Shown here: one piece after another, positions 10,931-22,907 of the stretch | Layout: every line of letters begins with the position of its first letter | How positions within the stretch are numbered: position 1 is the stretch's first letter | DNA from: Octopus bimaculoides | Lineage: Eukaryota | DNA length: 36,940 nucleotides | NCBI RefSeq assembly: GCF_001194135.2 | Contig: NC_068994.1 | Location: 46,229,117 to 46,266,056, forward strand | Direction of reading: 5' to 3' | The notes under the pieces: model-generated | What the model was told of the DNA's origin: nothing | The model's database searches: none | What the model saw: the letters and a program-made list of their open reading frames with translations, nothing else | Position numbers and translations under genes: made by a program

Positions 10931-10994
10931 TGAAAAGTGAAGAAAAGATGAAAGAGAATCAGTCTGATTTTAGTCCTAGTTGAGGCACTCTTAC

Positions 10995-11165
10995 TCCTTT
11001 TTTTTTTACTCTTTTACTTGTTTCAGTCATTTGACTGCGGCCATGCTGGAGCACCGCCTTTAGTCGAGCAAATCGACCCCAGGACTTATTCTTTGGATGC
11101 CTAGTACTTATTCTATCGATCACTTTTGCCGAACCGCTAAGTTACGGGGACGTAAACACACCAGC
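10995..11165 (-). mobile_element. Family B (CORE-like) SINE, 3' half
   Basis: Reverse complement of 18120-18272 (tcagtcatttgactgcggccatgctggagcaccgcc...gccgaaccgctaagttacggggacgtaaacacacc). Confidence 0.85.
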
Positions 11166-11249
11166 TCTTTATAACATTTTTATGATCAGGCAGATAAAAC
11201 GGGGAAAAAAGATAACATCAAATGTCCTTATGCTTCAGTGTCGTTGACC

Positions 11250-11985
11250 TTAAAGCTACCTTCGACATTAAAAGATGAAAGGGTCTTTGAGAAACGAGGA
11301 CAGCGATAGATGTTAATCTCAGCGAGTACAAATTATAGAGGAACTATGTAACAATACTAAGTGAACCGTGGTCGGGGAGGGTCAATGGACGAATTCATTG
11401 GAAGTAGATATGGGTCTGAGATAAGGTTGCCTGCTACCGCCATACTTCTTTTGACATCTGAAATTTATGATGAAAGAACTGAACGATACATATGAAGATA
11501 TGACACATATTGACATCTTCTTCATACACATTATCTGAGCTGATAATATAACCATAATGTCGACGATCTTTAACAAACTAAAAATAATCACTGGACAGTT
11601 AAACGAAGAATATAAAACAAAAACAAAAGCAGAATATGATAATAAATTGACACAAACTGCAAGATACTGTCACCTAGCAAAGTAATTATTATATTAGATG
11701 ATTTTAGAGTACATGTCATACAGTTTGTGTGTCTCGACAGTAGAGTACTAAACGAATTCAAAGACGCGGAAAACAGGTTTCATTAGCATCTAAAACGTTT
11801 GGAAGGCTGAGAAAAAAAAAACATGATCTGAAAGAGGTGGGATATCAGCCAACGACTTCAAGTTAGTTTTTAACAGCACACTCATTCTCCACATCGCAAT
11901 CTGCTACTTCGAAACGTGGACTTACCAGATTTGGAAATACAATGTTTGCGGATTATATCAAGGATGTTATAAGATAGGCATATAA
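11250..11985 (+). mobile_element. Non-LTR retrotransposon reverse transcriptase remnant, RTE-like
   Basis: Broken plus-strand frames give KATFD, IIEEL, DMGLR*GCLLPP (cf. GLRQGCLLSP), a decayed YADD-like block, LASKTFGRL.KK and ETWT. Heavily degenerate; clade assignment is tentative. Confidence 0.65.
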
Positions 11986-12077
11986 ATACTTCCTTGCGAA
12001 TAGCTCTTCACTTTTCATCTGTGTGTGTATGTGCGCACGTGCAGGTGTTTGTGTGTTTGTATGTATGTATATGTATG

Positions 12078-12124
<47 letters not shown>
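12078..12124. repeat. (GATA)n microsatellite
   Basis: Direct read. Confidence 0.95.
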
Positions 12125-12651
12125 GCAAATGGATTGAACGATATTCTTTATTTTAAATTATTACAATTGTTTCGACACAATTTTACATCTTACAAATATC
12201 CAAGTGCAAAAATATTTCGAAACAATTGTAGCAATTTTAAATAAAGAATGTCGTTCAATTCATTTTCTATTATTTATCTCATTATATAAAGTCTACAAAC
12301 AGTATGGAATTTCCACTGTATGATGACATCAGGTAGCCAATAACTGTGGACGAGCTTTGTATCGGATACTACAACGTTTATACCTAAATCTTTTTAAATA
12401 TAGAGAGATAGATAGTAAAAATACCAACCGACAGGCAGCTGGACAGAAAGACAGACAGGCAGACATGACAGACTGACAGACAGACAGACGGGCGTTGAAA
12501 TTAAGTGTATTAGAACTGTGCCAATAGATAAACGCAATGTGATCAGTTATACGAACTCTGTTTCACGTGCTTAGGAGGGGATAGGTGATGGGTGGGTCTC
12601 GGCGGAATGGTGGGGTGGTGTAGGATGAAGAATGGTTCGCTGTGGTTCATT

Positions 12652-12765
12652 ATGGTGGTGGTGGTGGTGGCGGCGGCGGCGACGGCGGCGGTGGTGGTGG
12701 CAGCGGTGGTGATGATGCTTGTCGAGAAAGGTGGCGTCAGTGATGACGGTGATGGTGGCAGCGGT
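12652..12765. repeat. Imperfect (GGT/GGC/GAT)n trinucleotide tract
   Basis: Direct read; source of the poly-His/Arg/Val ORFs. Confidence 0.85.
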
Positions 12766-13280
12766 AAAGATATTAATTAAAAATACGCTGTGTTGNNNNN
12801 NNNNNNNNNNNNNNNNNNNNNNNNNNNNNNNNNNNNNNNNNNNNNNNNNNNNNNNNNNNNNNNNNNNNNNNNNNNNNNNNNNNNNNNNNNNNNNNNNNNN
12901 NNNNNNNNNNNNNNNNNNNNNNNNNNNNNNNNNNNNNNNNNNNNNNNNNNNNNNNNNNNNNNNNNNNNNNNNNNNNNNNNNNNNNNNNNNNNNNNNNNNN
13001 NNNNNNNNNNNNNNNNNNNNNNNNNNNNNNNNNNNNNNNNNNNNNNNNNNNNNNNNNNNNNNNNNNNNNNNNNNNNNNNNNNNNNNNNNNNNNNNNNNNN
13101 NNNNNNNNNNNNNNNNNNNNNNNNNNNNNNNNNNNNNNNNNNNNNNNNNNNNNNNNNNNNNNNNNNNNNNNNNNNNNNNNNNNNNNNNNNNNNNNNNNNN
13201 NNNNNNNNNNNNNNNNNNNNNNNNNNNNNNNNNNNNNTATATATATATATATATATATATATGCATATATATATGCATAC

Positions 13281-13312
<32 letters not shown>

Positions 13313-13559
13313 ACACGCACGCACATACATAGATATATGCATGCATGCATACACACATACATACATACATACATACATACATACATACATACATACAAGC
13401 ATACATACATACATACATACTTATGGAGCTGCGCCAAGTCGTTGTGTAGCTAACAACTTTGGTTCGCAGACAGATTTGATCTTCGTGTTAGAGTTCAATA
13501 CTTTCCACTTTTTAAACAATGTGGCCATCAAGCATAAAAGAACCTGGAATACAACAAAA

Positions 13560-13745
13560 GAGGAAGAAGAACCAATCGTAGAATCAAAGATGAAGAGCCA
13601 GTTAGCTTACAACAGAGCGATTGGTAAAGAATATAGCTAAACTTGAACAACCTATAATGTGTAACCGAGGAGAGAGAACCAAGAATATAAATAATTATGA
13701 CGAAAGAAAAATACAACTAAACATGAAGATCCATGGTTAACCATA
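13560..13745 (+). mobile_element. Possible CR1/L2-like LINE C-terminal remnant
   Basis: Frame VKNIAKLEQ...KNINNYDERKIQLNMK resembles the CR1/L2 post-RT block (DI..LE.VQR..T....L..L.YEERL..LNL). Weak. Confidence 0.4.
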
Positions 13746-13757
13746 TTAAGAACAACA

Positions 13758-13895
13758 GGTGCAGGTGTGGCTGTGTGGTAAGAAGTTTGCTTCCCAACTC
13801 CATGGTTCTGGGTTCAGTCCCACTGCGTGACACCTTCAACAAATATCTTCTATTATAGCCTCGGGCAGATCAAAGCCTTGTGAGTGGATTTGGCT
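13758..13895 (+). mobile_element. Family B SINE 5' half
   Basis: gtggctgtgtggtaagaag...gggttcagtcccactgcgtgacacc...aaagccttgtgagtggatttgg; matches 17886-18020. Confidence 0.85.
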
Positions 13896-14248
13896 CGCTT
13901 GTAATTCATATTTGAATTTATTCTTATGTTAACATCGTTGTGGCATACCAGCAAATGGGTTTTACGCTATTTGTATAAAGCCATGGACGGGCGATTCAGT
14001 TCGCCTCCAATTCGGTTCGTGTACGTGGTGTTGATAAGCTGCAAAAATGGCGAAACATCGATGGTCATTGCTGCTGAATGGGATGTAGGGTTAGTTGTCT
14101 CGCCTGACTATGACTTTCAAGTGTTTGAACACCTAGCACTTTCCTCGAGTCATCTCCACTGCGCCACGTTGCAGCCTACCGGCGAACAAGCACTGCATGT
14201 ACATTGAGTGTGTTCGATGATATATATTTTTATATATGTTGTTATTCT

Positions 14249-14610
14249 ACTTGTTTCAGTCATTGGAACGCGGCCATGCTGTAGCAGCGCCTCGAAGTGA
14301 CTTTGGTCAAAGAAAACGTCTCCTGTACTTATTTTTCTTTTTAAGTCTTGCACACATTCTATTGGTCTGTTTTGCAGACCTCCAAAGTTACGTGGACATA
14401 AACAAACTAATACCGGTTGTCAAGTGGTAGTGGGGACAACCACAGATACAAAAACGTACACGCCAAGCAGTTTTCGTCTCCCAGATTTACTCACAAGGCA
14501 TTGATCGATCCGGTACCGTAGTAGAAGACACTTACCCCAAGGTACCGCACAATGGGACTGAACCTGAGACCACGTGGTTGCAAAGCAAGCTTCTTAACAA
14601 CACAGCCGTG
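14249..14610 (-). mobile_element. Degenerate full-length family B SINE
   Basis: Reverse complement of both the tail (tacttgtttcagtcatt...gcggccatgctg) and the head (gggactgaacctgagaccacgtggttgc...acacagcc). Confidence 0.8.
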
Positions 14611-14904
14611 TGTGTGTGTGTGTGTTTGACAATTTTGCTTTTTATCCTGCATACCAGAGTTATCTCCCTTACAAGCTGTCTGCTGGTCGTTTCGTTAAAT
14701 CTAACCATTTATAATAAATTCAAACAATTTAACCTCGATATTAACTCCTCGAATTTTATCTTTCTCTAGTCAATAATTTCTTACATAAACTTCAAAGAGA
14801 TTAACTTTAATGACTTAGGCAGAGGAGTTAAATTGAAATTACGATGAACGTAAACAAACATATAATTATTATTCCTCCCTTCAACAGGAACAAAGCCTGA
14901 AATT

Positions 14905-15023
14905 TTTTAATCGACTACTTGTTATCGACTTGTACCGCTACGAAATTTGAACTCAGAAAGTAAGGATGAACGAAATGCCGGTAAGCATTTTGCCCGGCGT
15001 GTTAACGGTTCTGCCAGCTCGCT
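14905..15023 (-). mobile_element. Family A SINE head fragment
   Basis: aatttgaactcagaa...cattttgcccggcgtgttaacggttctgccagctcgc is the reverse complement of the family A head. Confidence 0.8.
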
Positions 15024-15311
15024 GTATAATTATTTACAAATACTAAACCACCGTTGTTCTAATTGTTACTTGCTCTAGGCCGACCTTCTTCCAGGAGACC
15101 TCATTATCAAAGACGCCCATTCTATGACTATCCCACCTTTCTGGTTTTTTTTATATTCTGACATAATATACCTGGGAGTGTTTTATCTAATGCGTCATTT
15201 CTATTTTTAAAACGATGCCGCGTAATTTCAGCAAGATTTTGATGAAGCTACTATTTCTGGCCATTCGATCTGTCACGTAACCGCTCATTGTTTGGCTTCA
15301 GTGTATAACAG

Positions 15312-15345
<34 letters not shown>

Positions 15346-15347
15346 AT

Positions 15348-15578
15348 AAGGCGGCGAGCTGGCAGAAACGTTAGTACGCCGGGCGAAATGCTTAGCAGTA
15401 TTTCGTCTGCCGTTACGTTCTGAGTTCCGCCGAGGTTGACTTTGCCTTTCATCCTTTCGGGGTCGATAAATTAAGTACCAGTTACTACGCACTGGGGTCG
15501 ATGTAATCGACTTGATCCCTTTGTCTGTCCTTGTTTGTCCCCTCTATGTTTAGCCCCTTGTGGGCAATAAACAAATAA
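15348..15578 (+). mobile_element. Full-length family A tRNA SINE, preceded by (TTG)n at 15311-15344
   Basis: A-box-like TGGCAGAAACG, central GCCGAGGTTGACTTTGCCTTTCATCCTTTCGGGGTCGATAAATTAAGTACCAG and tail cccttgtgggcaataaa. The central block resembles, from memory, the Meta/Sauria-type SINE domain (unverified). Confidence 0.9.
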
Positions 15579-16361
15579 NNNNNNNNNNNNNNNNNNNNNN
15601 NNNNNNNNNNNNNNNNNNNNNNNNNNNNNNNNNNNNNNNNNNNNNNNNNNNNNNNNNNNNNNNNNNNNNNNNNNNNNNNNNNNNNNNNNNNNNNNNNNNN
15701 NNNNNNNNNNNNNNNNNNNNNNNNNNNNNNNNNNNNNNNNNNNNNNNNNNNNNNNNNNNNNNNNNNNNNNNNNNNNNNNNNNNNNNNNNNNNNNNNNNNN
15801 NNNNNNNNNNNNNNNNNNNNNNNNNNNNNNNNNNNNNNNNNNNNNNNNNNNNNNNNNNNNNNNNNNNNNNNNNNNNNNNNNNNNNNNNNNNNNNNNNNNN
15901 NNNNNNNNNNNNNNNNNNNNNNNNNNNNNNNNNNNNNNNNNNNNNNNNNNNNNNNNNNNNNNNNNNNNNNNNNNNNNNNNNNNNNNNNNNNNNNNNNNNN
16001 NNNNNNNNNNNNNNNNNNNNNNNNNNNNNNNNNNNNNNNNNNNNNNNNNNNNNNNNNNNNNNNNNNNNNNNNNNNNNNNNNNNNNNNNNNNNNNNNNNNN
16101 NNNNNNNNNNNNNNNNNNNNNNNNNNNNNNNNNNNNNNNNNNNNNNNNNNNNNNNNNNNNNNNNNNNNNNNNNNNNNNNNNNNNNNNNNNNNNNNNNNNN
16201 NNNNNNNNNNNNNNNNNNNNNNNNNNNNNNNNNNNNNNNNNNNNNNNNNNNNNNNNNNNNNNNNNNNNNNNNNNNNNNNNNNNNNNNNNNNNNNNNNNNN
16301 NNNNNNNNNNNNNNNNNNNNNNNNNNNNNNNNNNNNNNNNNNNNNNNNNNNNNNNNNNNNN

Positions 16362-16508
16362 GTTGAACAAATCGACCCCAGGACTTTTTCTTTGTAACCC
16401 GAGTACTTATTCTATCGGTCCCTTTTCACTGAACCGCTATGTGATGGGGACGTAAACACACCAACATCGGTTGTCAAATGATAGTGGGAGGACAAACACA
16501 GACACAAA
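16362..16508 (-). mobile_element. Family B SINE 3'-middle fragment
   Basis: aaatcgaccccaggact...ggggacgtaaacacaccaacatcggttgtcaa...ggacaaacacagacac is the reverse complement of 18090-18230. Confidence 0.85.
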
Positions 16509-16730
16509 TAACAAATATATATACATACATAATCCTCTCTTCCTGAAACATTTGTTAGGGAAGAGAGGTAATGGACTACATCAACCCCCAGTTGTCAACT
16601 GGTACATATTGCAGATTAAACTATAAATCATTGCATGTAATATTTACCTTTGTAGTTTTAAGTGTGATTCGAGATTCGCTATTCCAAAAACGTATATATC
16701 TACAAGCATGTGTACACGCACGTGCATATG

Positions 16731-16808
16731 CATGTATGTATGTATGTATGTATGTATGTATGTATGTATGTATGTATGTATGTATGTATGTATGTATGTA
16801 TGTATGTA
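16731..16808. repeat. (TATG)n microsatellite
   Basis: Direct read. Confidence 0.95.
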
Positions 16809-17715
16809 TCTATCCATGACCATCCTGCTTTATTTCAATGCATGGAACACCTAAAATTACATTATCCAATATCTCTTCTCTTCTAGAAGGCACTAAGTTG
16901 TAATATTAGTATGATTTTACTGTTGTTTCTAGCGATTCGTACCGCTACAATGATTCTGCCTCTGTAACCGATATTTATATGTGTATGTATTTATTCATTA
17001 TTATTATTTATCTTTATATGTATGTATATACCTGTGTACATGTGTATCTTCGTGTGTGTGTGTGTGTATGTGTGTGTGTGTGTGCTTGTGTATGAATGTC
17101 GAGAATTTTATGCTAAAGCACTGAATGTATGTATGATTGTATGTATATAGTATATACATATATAAACATATATATATATATGTATGTATATATGTATTAT
17201 CTATGTGTATATATATATATGTATATATATGTATATATAGAAAGAGAGAGAGACAGGCAGACAAACAGACAGATATACATACGTACATACCAACATTCCA
17301 ATACAATATGTAAACATGTATGTCTGTACTTCCCTGAATGTGCCTATGTGTACAACTGTCTCCCTATTGAATCCTGAAAAGTACTTAGAAACGTACTATT
17401 AATATAGTCATACATATATCGATTGAGGGAGAGAAAGAGAGAGAAAAAGAAAGAGAAAGAGAGAGAGCAACACAGACAGACAGAAATACATGTTTACGTA
17501 CATATATGTATGTTAGAGTTTACAACGAAGTGGAAAAGTGTATTTCTTTATACATAAGTAAAGTACTTTTCCCGTACAGGGACATAACTCATATCCAAAT
17601 TTTATTCCTTGGACCTTAAAGGGGCGTAACTCACTAAATCATCTCATTTGATGGTCAGTTGTAAATATATTCACATACGTAAATATTTACGTACACAAAC
17701 GCGCTGACACACACG

Positions 17716-17752
<37 letters not shown>

Positions 17753-17786
17753 ACACACACAAATGCAGAGAGTTTTCTGTCTGCTA

Positions 17787-17850
17787 CAGCAATTCTCAAC
17801 CGGGGTCAATATGACCCTTAGGAGACCACATAAAGTTTTGTTAAGATTTA
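17787..17850 (+). mobile_element. Possible isolated hAT (Charlie-like) left terminus
   Basis: cagcaattctcaaccggggtc resembles the CAGYGRTTCTCAA TIR class; no matching right end seen. Confidence 0.35.
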
Positions 17851-17885
17851 GGTACAATATTTTGGACAATTTCTTTTATACAATA

Positions 17886-18272
17886 AGCGCAGGAGTCGCT
17901 GTGTGGTAAGTAGCTTGCTTACCAAACACATGGTTCCGGTTTCAGTCCCACTGCATGGCACATTGGGCAAGTGTCTTCTACTATAGCCCCGGCCGACCAA
18001 AGCCTTGTGAGTGGATTTGGTAGACGGAAACTGAAAGAAGCCCGTCGTATATATATGCATATATATATATGTGTGTGTGTGTGTGCTTGTGTGTCTGTGT
18101 TTGTCCCCCCACCATCGCTTGACAACCGATGCTAGTGTTTTTACGTCCCCGTAACTTAACGGTTCGGCAAAAAGAGACCGAAAGAATAAGCACTAGGCTT
18201 ACAAAGAATAAGTCCTGGGGTCGATTTTCTCGACTAAAGGCGGTGCTCCAGCATGGCCGCAGTCAAATGACT
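17886..18272 (+). mobile_element. Full-length family B CORE-like tRNA SINE (young-looking; used here as reference copy)
   Basis: A-box and B-box (GGTTTCAGTCCC); CORE-like ggcacattgggcaagtgtcttctactatagcc (cf. MIR core gtgaccttgggcaagtcac); internal TA/TG microsatellite; tail ...gcggccgcagtcaaatgact-like. Confidence 0.9.
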
Positions 18273-18322
18273 GTGTTTGTGTGTCTGTGTTTGTCCCCCA
18301 TATATATATATGTATGTATGAG

Positions 18323-18467
18323 GGGCTTCTTTCAGTTTCTGTCTAGCAAATCCACTCACAAGGCTTTGATCGGCCCGAGGCTATAGTAGAAGACACTTGC
18401 CCAAGGTGCCACGCAATGGGACTGAACCCGAGACCATGTGGTTGGTAAGCAAGCTACTTACCAGACA
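18323..18467 (-). mobile_element. Inverted family B SINE head, forming a fold-back with 17900-18043
   Basis: Reverse complement aligns with about a dozen differences over about 145 nt. Confidence 0.9.
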
Positions 18468-18719
18468 AAAAATTTAAATGCCTACAATTTTTTTCAGTTT
18501 TACTCATTACAAATTTATAAATAAAATAAAATTTGCCGGTAGAATATTATACGATTAAAATCGCATCAAGGCCAAATCCAATGATTATGTGTTGTTAGGC
18601 TGAGATTTTGGAAACATACTGAATAAGCGAAGATAAAAATAGATGAATAAAACAATATAGGTGCTATGTATGTATGTATGTATGTATGTATGTATGTATG
18701 TATGTACTCTTTTATCGTT

Positions 18720-18790
18720 CTCGTCTTTCAGTCTTTGAACAGCGGCCATGCTGGAGCACGTCTTGCGAGGGTTTATTCGAGCAAGTTGAC
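18720..18790 (-). mobile_element. Family B SINE tail fragment
   Basis: ttcagtctttgaacagcggccatgctggagcac. Confidence 0.6.
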
Positions 18791-18827
18791 AACGGTACAA
18801 AAATTTTCAAAGCAACTTCGTAACCGT

Positions 18828-18869
<42 letters not shown>

Positions 18870-19868
18870 NNNNNNNNNNNNNNNNNNNNNNNNNNNNNNN
18901 NNNNNNNNNNNNNNNNNNNNNNNNNNNNNNNNNNNNNNNNNNNNNNNNNNNNNNNNNNNNNNNNNNNNNNNNNNNNNNNNNNNNNNNNNNNNNNNNNNNN
19001 NNNNNNNNNNNNNNNNNNNNNNNNNNNNNNNNNNNNNNNNNNNNNNNNNNNNNNNNNNNNNNNNNNNNNNNNNNNNNNNNNNNNNNNNNNNNNNNNNNNN
19101 NNNNNNNNNNNNNNNNNNNNNNNNNNNNNNNNNNNNNNNNNNNNNNNNNNNNNNNNNNNNNNNNNNNNNNNNNNNNNNNNNNNNNNNNNNNNNNNNNNNN
19201 NNNNNNNNNNNNNNNNNNNNNNNNNNNNNNNNNNNNNNNNNNNNNNNNNNNNNNNNNNNNNNNNNNNNNNNNNNNNNNNNNNNNNNNNNNNNNNNNNNNN
19301 NNNNNNNNNNNNNNNNNNNNNNNNNNNNNNNNNNNNNNNNNNNNNNNNNNNNNNNNNNNNNNNNNNNNNNNNNNNNNNNNNNNNNNNNNNNNNNNNNNNN
19401 NNNNNNNNNNNNNNNNNNNNNNNNNNNNNNNNNNNNNNNNNNNNNNNNNNNNNNNNNNNNNNNNNNNNNNNNNNNNNNNNNNNNNNNNNNNNNNNNNNNN
19501 NNNNNNNNNNNNNNNNNNNNNNNNNNNNNNNNNNNNNNNNNNNNNNNNNNNNNNNNNNNNNNNNNNNNNNNNNNNNNNNNNNNNNNNNNNNNNNNNNNNN
19601 NNNNNNNNNNNNNNNNNNNNNNNNNNNNNNNNNNNNNNNNNNNNNNNNNNNNNNNNNNNNNNNNNNNNNNNNNNNNNNNNNNNNNNNNNNNNNNNNNNNN
19701 NNNNNNNNNNNNNNNNNNNNNNNNNNNNNNNNNNNNNNNNNNNNNNNNNNNNNNNNNNNNNNNNNNNNNNNNNNNNNNNNNNNNNNNNNNNNNNNNNNNN
19801 NNNNNNNNNNNNNNNNNNNNNNNNNNNNNNNNNNNNNNNNNNNNNNNNNNNNNNNNNNNNNNNNNNNN

Positions 19869-19903
19869 GTGGTGGTGGTGGTGGTGGTGGTGGAGGCTTC
19901 AGC

Positions 19904-19934
<31 letters not shown>

Positions 19935-20015
19935 GCAGCCGTAGCAGTAATAGTAGTTGTAGTAGTAGTAGTAGTAGTAGCGGCTGATGGTGGTGTTGTT
20001 GTTGTGGTGGTGGTA
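19869..20015. repeat. Compound (GGT)n/(GGC)n/(GCA)n/(GTA)n trinucleotide tract at a gap edge
   Basis: Direct read. Confidence 0.9.
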
Positions 20016-20549
20016 GTTGATTTTGTTTATCCCCCTTCCCTCCACCTACCACGATTGGTCAGCTTTGACCTAAGATACCTAAGGCGCTCCAGCTATGACC
20101 ATCACGTCTTCAATAAGTATTTTCGTCTAATTTTGCTGTATTATATTATATAATGTAGCTTGTTTTCTTCGTCTTTTTAACTTTTTTTTATAAGCAACAG
20201 GATATGATTAGACGGAAAATATGGCCGATATTTTTAGCAAAGGAATCGTGCCTACTGTAATGGCTTCCTAGTTAGCTAGTGATTATACTTTCGCCCCAGG
20301 TTGGCTTTCATCGAGCGCTTTAAGACGGCTGGGTGTAATTTTAGAGATTTCACCTGCTATTTCTAGCAGCAACCGCGTACACAGAGGGAATATTTTCTTG
20401 TACATGTCCCAGTTATTGGACAGCGGCCCTGATGGGTCACCACCGTCGACTGTATTTTAGTCGAACAAATCGTCTCTTATTCTTTTATATATATATATGC
20501 ATATATATATATATATANNNNNNNNNNGTATGTATATATGTAAACACAT

Positions 20550-20607
<58 letters not shown>

Positions 20608-20714
20608 ACACACACATATACATACATTTATACATGTATGCGTGTGTGTGTGTGTGTGTGTACATGCGCACACACTCACTCATATACCAACACGCATGCA
20701 TAAGTACAAATACG

Positions 20715-20855
20715 ACTGGCTTCCGCACAGTTTCTGTGTACTAAATTTGCACAGAAGGCACTGGTCGACCCAGGTTTATGTTAGAAGTACTGCGCAGCAG
20801 AACTGAAATCGAAACTACGTGGTTCCAAAGCGAGTTTCAAAGCCATACAACCAAT
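20715..20855 (-). mobile_element. Degenerate family B SINE head
   Basis: ggcttccgcacagtttc...aaggcactggtcgaccc...aactgaaatcgaaactacgtggttcc loosely matches the reverse complement of the family B head. Confidence 0.5.
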
Positions 20856-21039
20856 CCAGAACGGAAGTACACTGACCACGATAAATTTATTTACAAATTT
20901 AGTTATTTTAAGGGCCTCTGAGACGAGCAGAGACAAGAGACGAAGTTTTCTTCAAACCAGAGACCCAACCCAAACAATACTGCAGGACATAGCTCCTGAC
21001 ATTTTAACAAAAAGATCCTCGCCCGTCAGCCACCGTGGA

Positions 21040-21205
21040 CTGATACTTAGCGCTTATTGTATCGACCCGGAGAAGATGAAATGCAACACTGACCTCGGCG
21101 AGATTTGAAGCAAGTACGAGCTCAGGGAATCAGAAAAAATACTGCAGGTCTTTATGTCTTGCCCAGCCCCCATCCTAAATGACATTATTAATTCGCCGCC
21201 TATAT
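21040..21205 (-). mobile_element. Degenerate family A SINE
   Basis: atcgacccggagaagatgaaatgcaacactgacctcggcgagatttgaa matches the reverse complement of the central domain. Confidence 0.55.
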
Positions 21206-21286
21206 TAACTCACCTCTCGAGCGAACTATAAACGCTTGTAAAAACCAGTGCCGGTTCATCCATAATGAGAAAAAAAATGAAATTTT

Positions 21287-21525
21287 AGGGCATCGAGCTG
21301 GCAGAATTGTTAGCACGTTGGGCGAAATGCTTAGCGGTATTTCGTCTGTCTGTACGTTCTGAGTTCAAATTCCGCCGAGGTCGACTTTGCCTTTCATCCT
21401 TTCGGGATCGATGAATAAAGTACCATTTGCGTACTGGGGTCGATATAATCGACTTAATCCCTTTGTCTGTCCTTGTTTGTTCCTTCTATGTTTAGCCCCC
21501 TGTGGGCAATAAAAAGAAAAGAAAT
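21287..21525 (+). mobile_element. Full-length family A SINE
   Basis: Aligns end to end with 15348-15578 and 5237-5470. Confidence 0.9.
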
Positions 21526-21624
21526 ATATCTTACAAATCCACTGTTATGAAACTTCCCAACTTTACATTAATATATTAATATATTAATATATTCCAACTT
21601 TACATTAATATATTAAATAACTGC

Positions 21625-22095
21625 AACGCAGCAAGTTAGCAGAAGTGTTAGCGCAACGGACAAAAATACTTATCGGCATTTCACCCGCCTTTATATTCTG
21701 AGTTCAAATTCCGCCGAGGTTGACTTACCCTTTCATCTTTTCAGCATTTCGGATAAAATACTTAGCCGCGTCCTTTGCGACTCTTAAACGTTCTGAGTTC
21801 AAATTCTGCCGAATCCGATTTTGCCTTTCATCCTTTCGGCGTGAATAAAATAATGTACCAGTGGAACAGTCCATCTAATCCCCGTGAAATTGCTGGCCTT
21901 GTCTCAAAATTAGAAAGAATTCTTGTTGTTGCCGTTGTTGCTAAAATTGTTGTTGAAGTAGTTGTTGTTGCGTGAGAGAGCAGTGCATGCCATCAAAGTG
22001 ACACCAGGGTCAATAAATGAAACATCAGTTGAACACTGGGGTCGATGTAATCGACTTAAACTCCCACCCGAAATTGCTAGCCTTGTGCCGTCCGT
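21625..22095 (+). mobile_element. Chain of fused family A-type SINE fragments (about 21625-21740, 21741-21918, 22020-22095) with (GTT)n and a short piece of another repeat
   Basis: Repeated head and central motifs (gagttcaaattc.gccga; actggggtcgatgtaatcgac); catcaaagtgacac at about 21991 is shared with 24170. Confidence 0.75.
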
Positions 22096-22353
22096 ACGTA
22101 TCGCAGATCAAGATGGGAAGGATAACTTCCCTTTGCAAATACAGACAGGACACAGATGTGTGTCGATAGCCAGCTGGAGGAGACGTTCTCCTGGGGCTAA
22201 AAGCAACAGTAACATCCACCCTTAGGGGTCAGCCACATTTAAGTGGCAAATATACTTCACCTTGTCCTGCAGTTACTGTTAATACCTCGTTCAGAGATTT
22301 AACATTGCTTATTAAATTATTGTTTGGATCCTAAGAGTGATATCACTTTTCCT

Positions 22354-22398
<45 letters not shown>
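22354..22398. repeat. (CT)n microsatellite
   Basis: Direct read. Confidence 0.95.
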
Positions 22399-22403
<5 letters not shown>

Positions 22404-22699
22404 AAATTGGTTTTATAGAGACTGTGTCAGTGAGCTGTTTGACAATGAGTGCAGGCGGAGGCCTCGCAACTTCTGTGCGAGAAAATTCTCACATGCACTC
22501 AAATCTCCTTCAAATAGCACTTGACGGTCATAAAAGAAACGAAAGAGAAAAAAGCGTCTTTTTATGACTTTCCGTATAATTTATTGTCATAAAATATCGT
22601 TACAAATGCTCAGTGCACGAGATGAGGACGGGATGGTCAAGTCTATCAGGACCAACCTAGAGTGAAACAAAAACAATAATAACAATAATTCTTAAATAT

Positions 22700-22907
22700 T
22701 TCAGCACAAAGCCAGTGATTTTAGAAAACGGGGGGTGGGGGGTCAAGTCTACTATATCAACCCCGCTGGTCAACTTTTACCTTATTTCATCGATCCAGAA
22801 AGGACGAAAGATAAAGTCAACCTCGGCGTAATTTGAACCCAGATCGTAAACCGCCAGAAGAAATGCTACAGAGCATTTTGCCCTACGCTCTGACGATTCA
22901 GCCATTC
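22700..22907 (-). mobile_element. Family A-type SINE, degenerate
   Basis: tcgatccagaaaggacgaaagataaagtcaacctcggcgtaatttgaaccc...gcattttgcc is the reverse complement of the family A body. Confidence 0.75.

Noticed and set aside
12571-12780. His/Arg- or Ala/Thr-rich ORFs as a transcription-factor exon
   Set aside because: Explained by a trinucleotide microsatellite; similar tracts recur at 19869 and 23385 next to gaps, and no splice pair was found.
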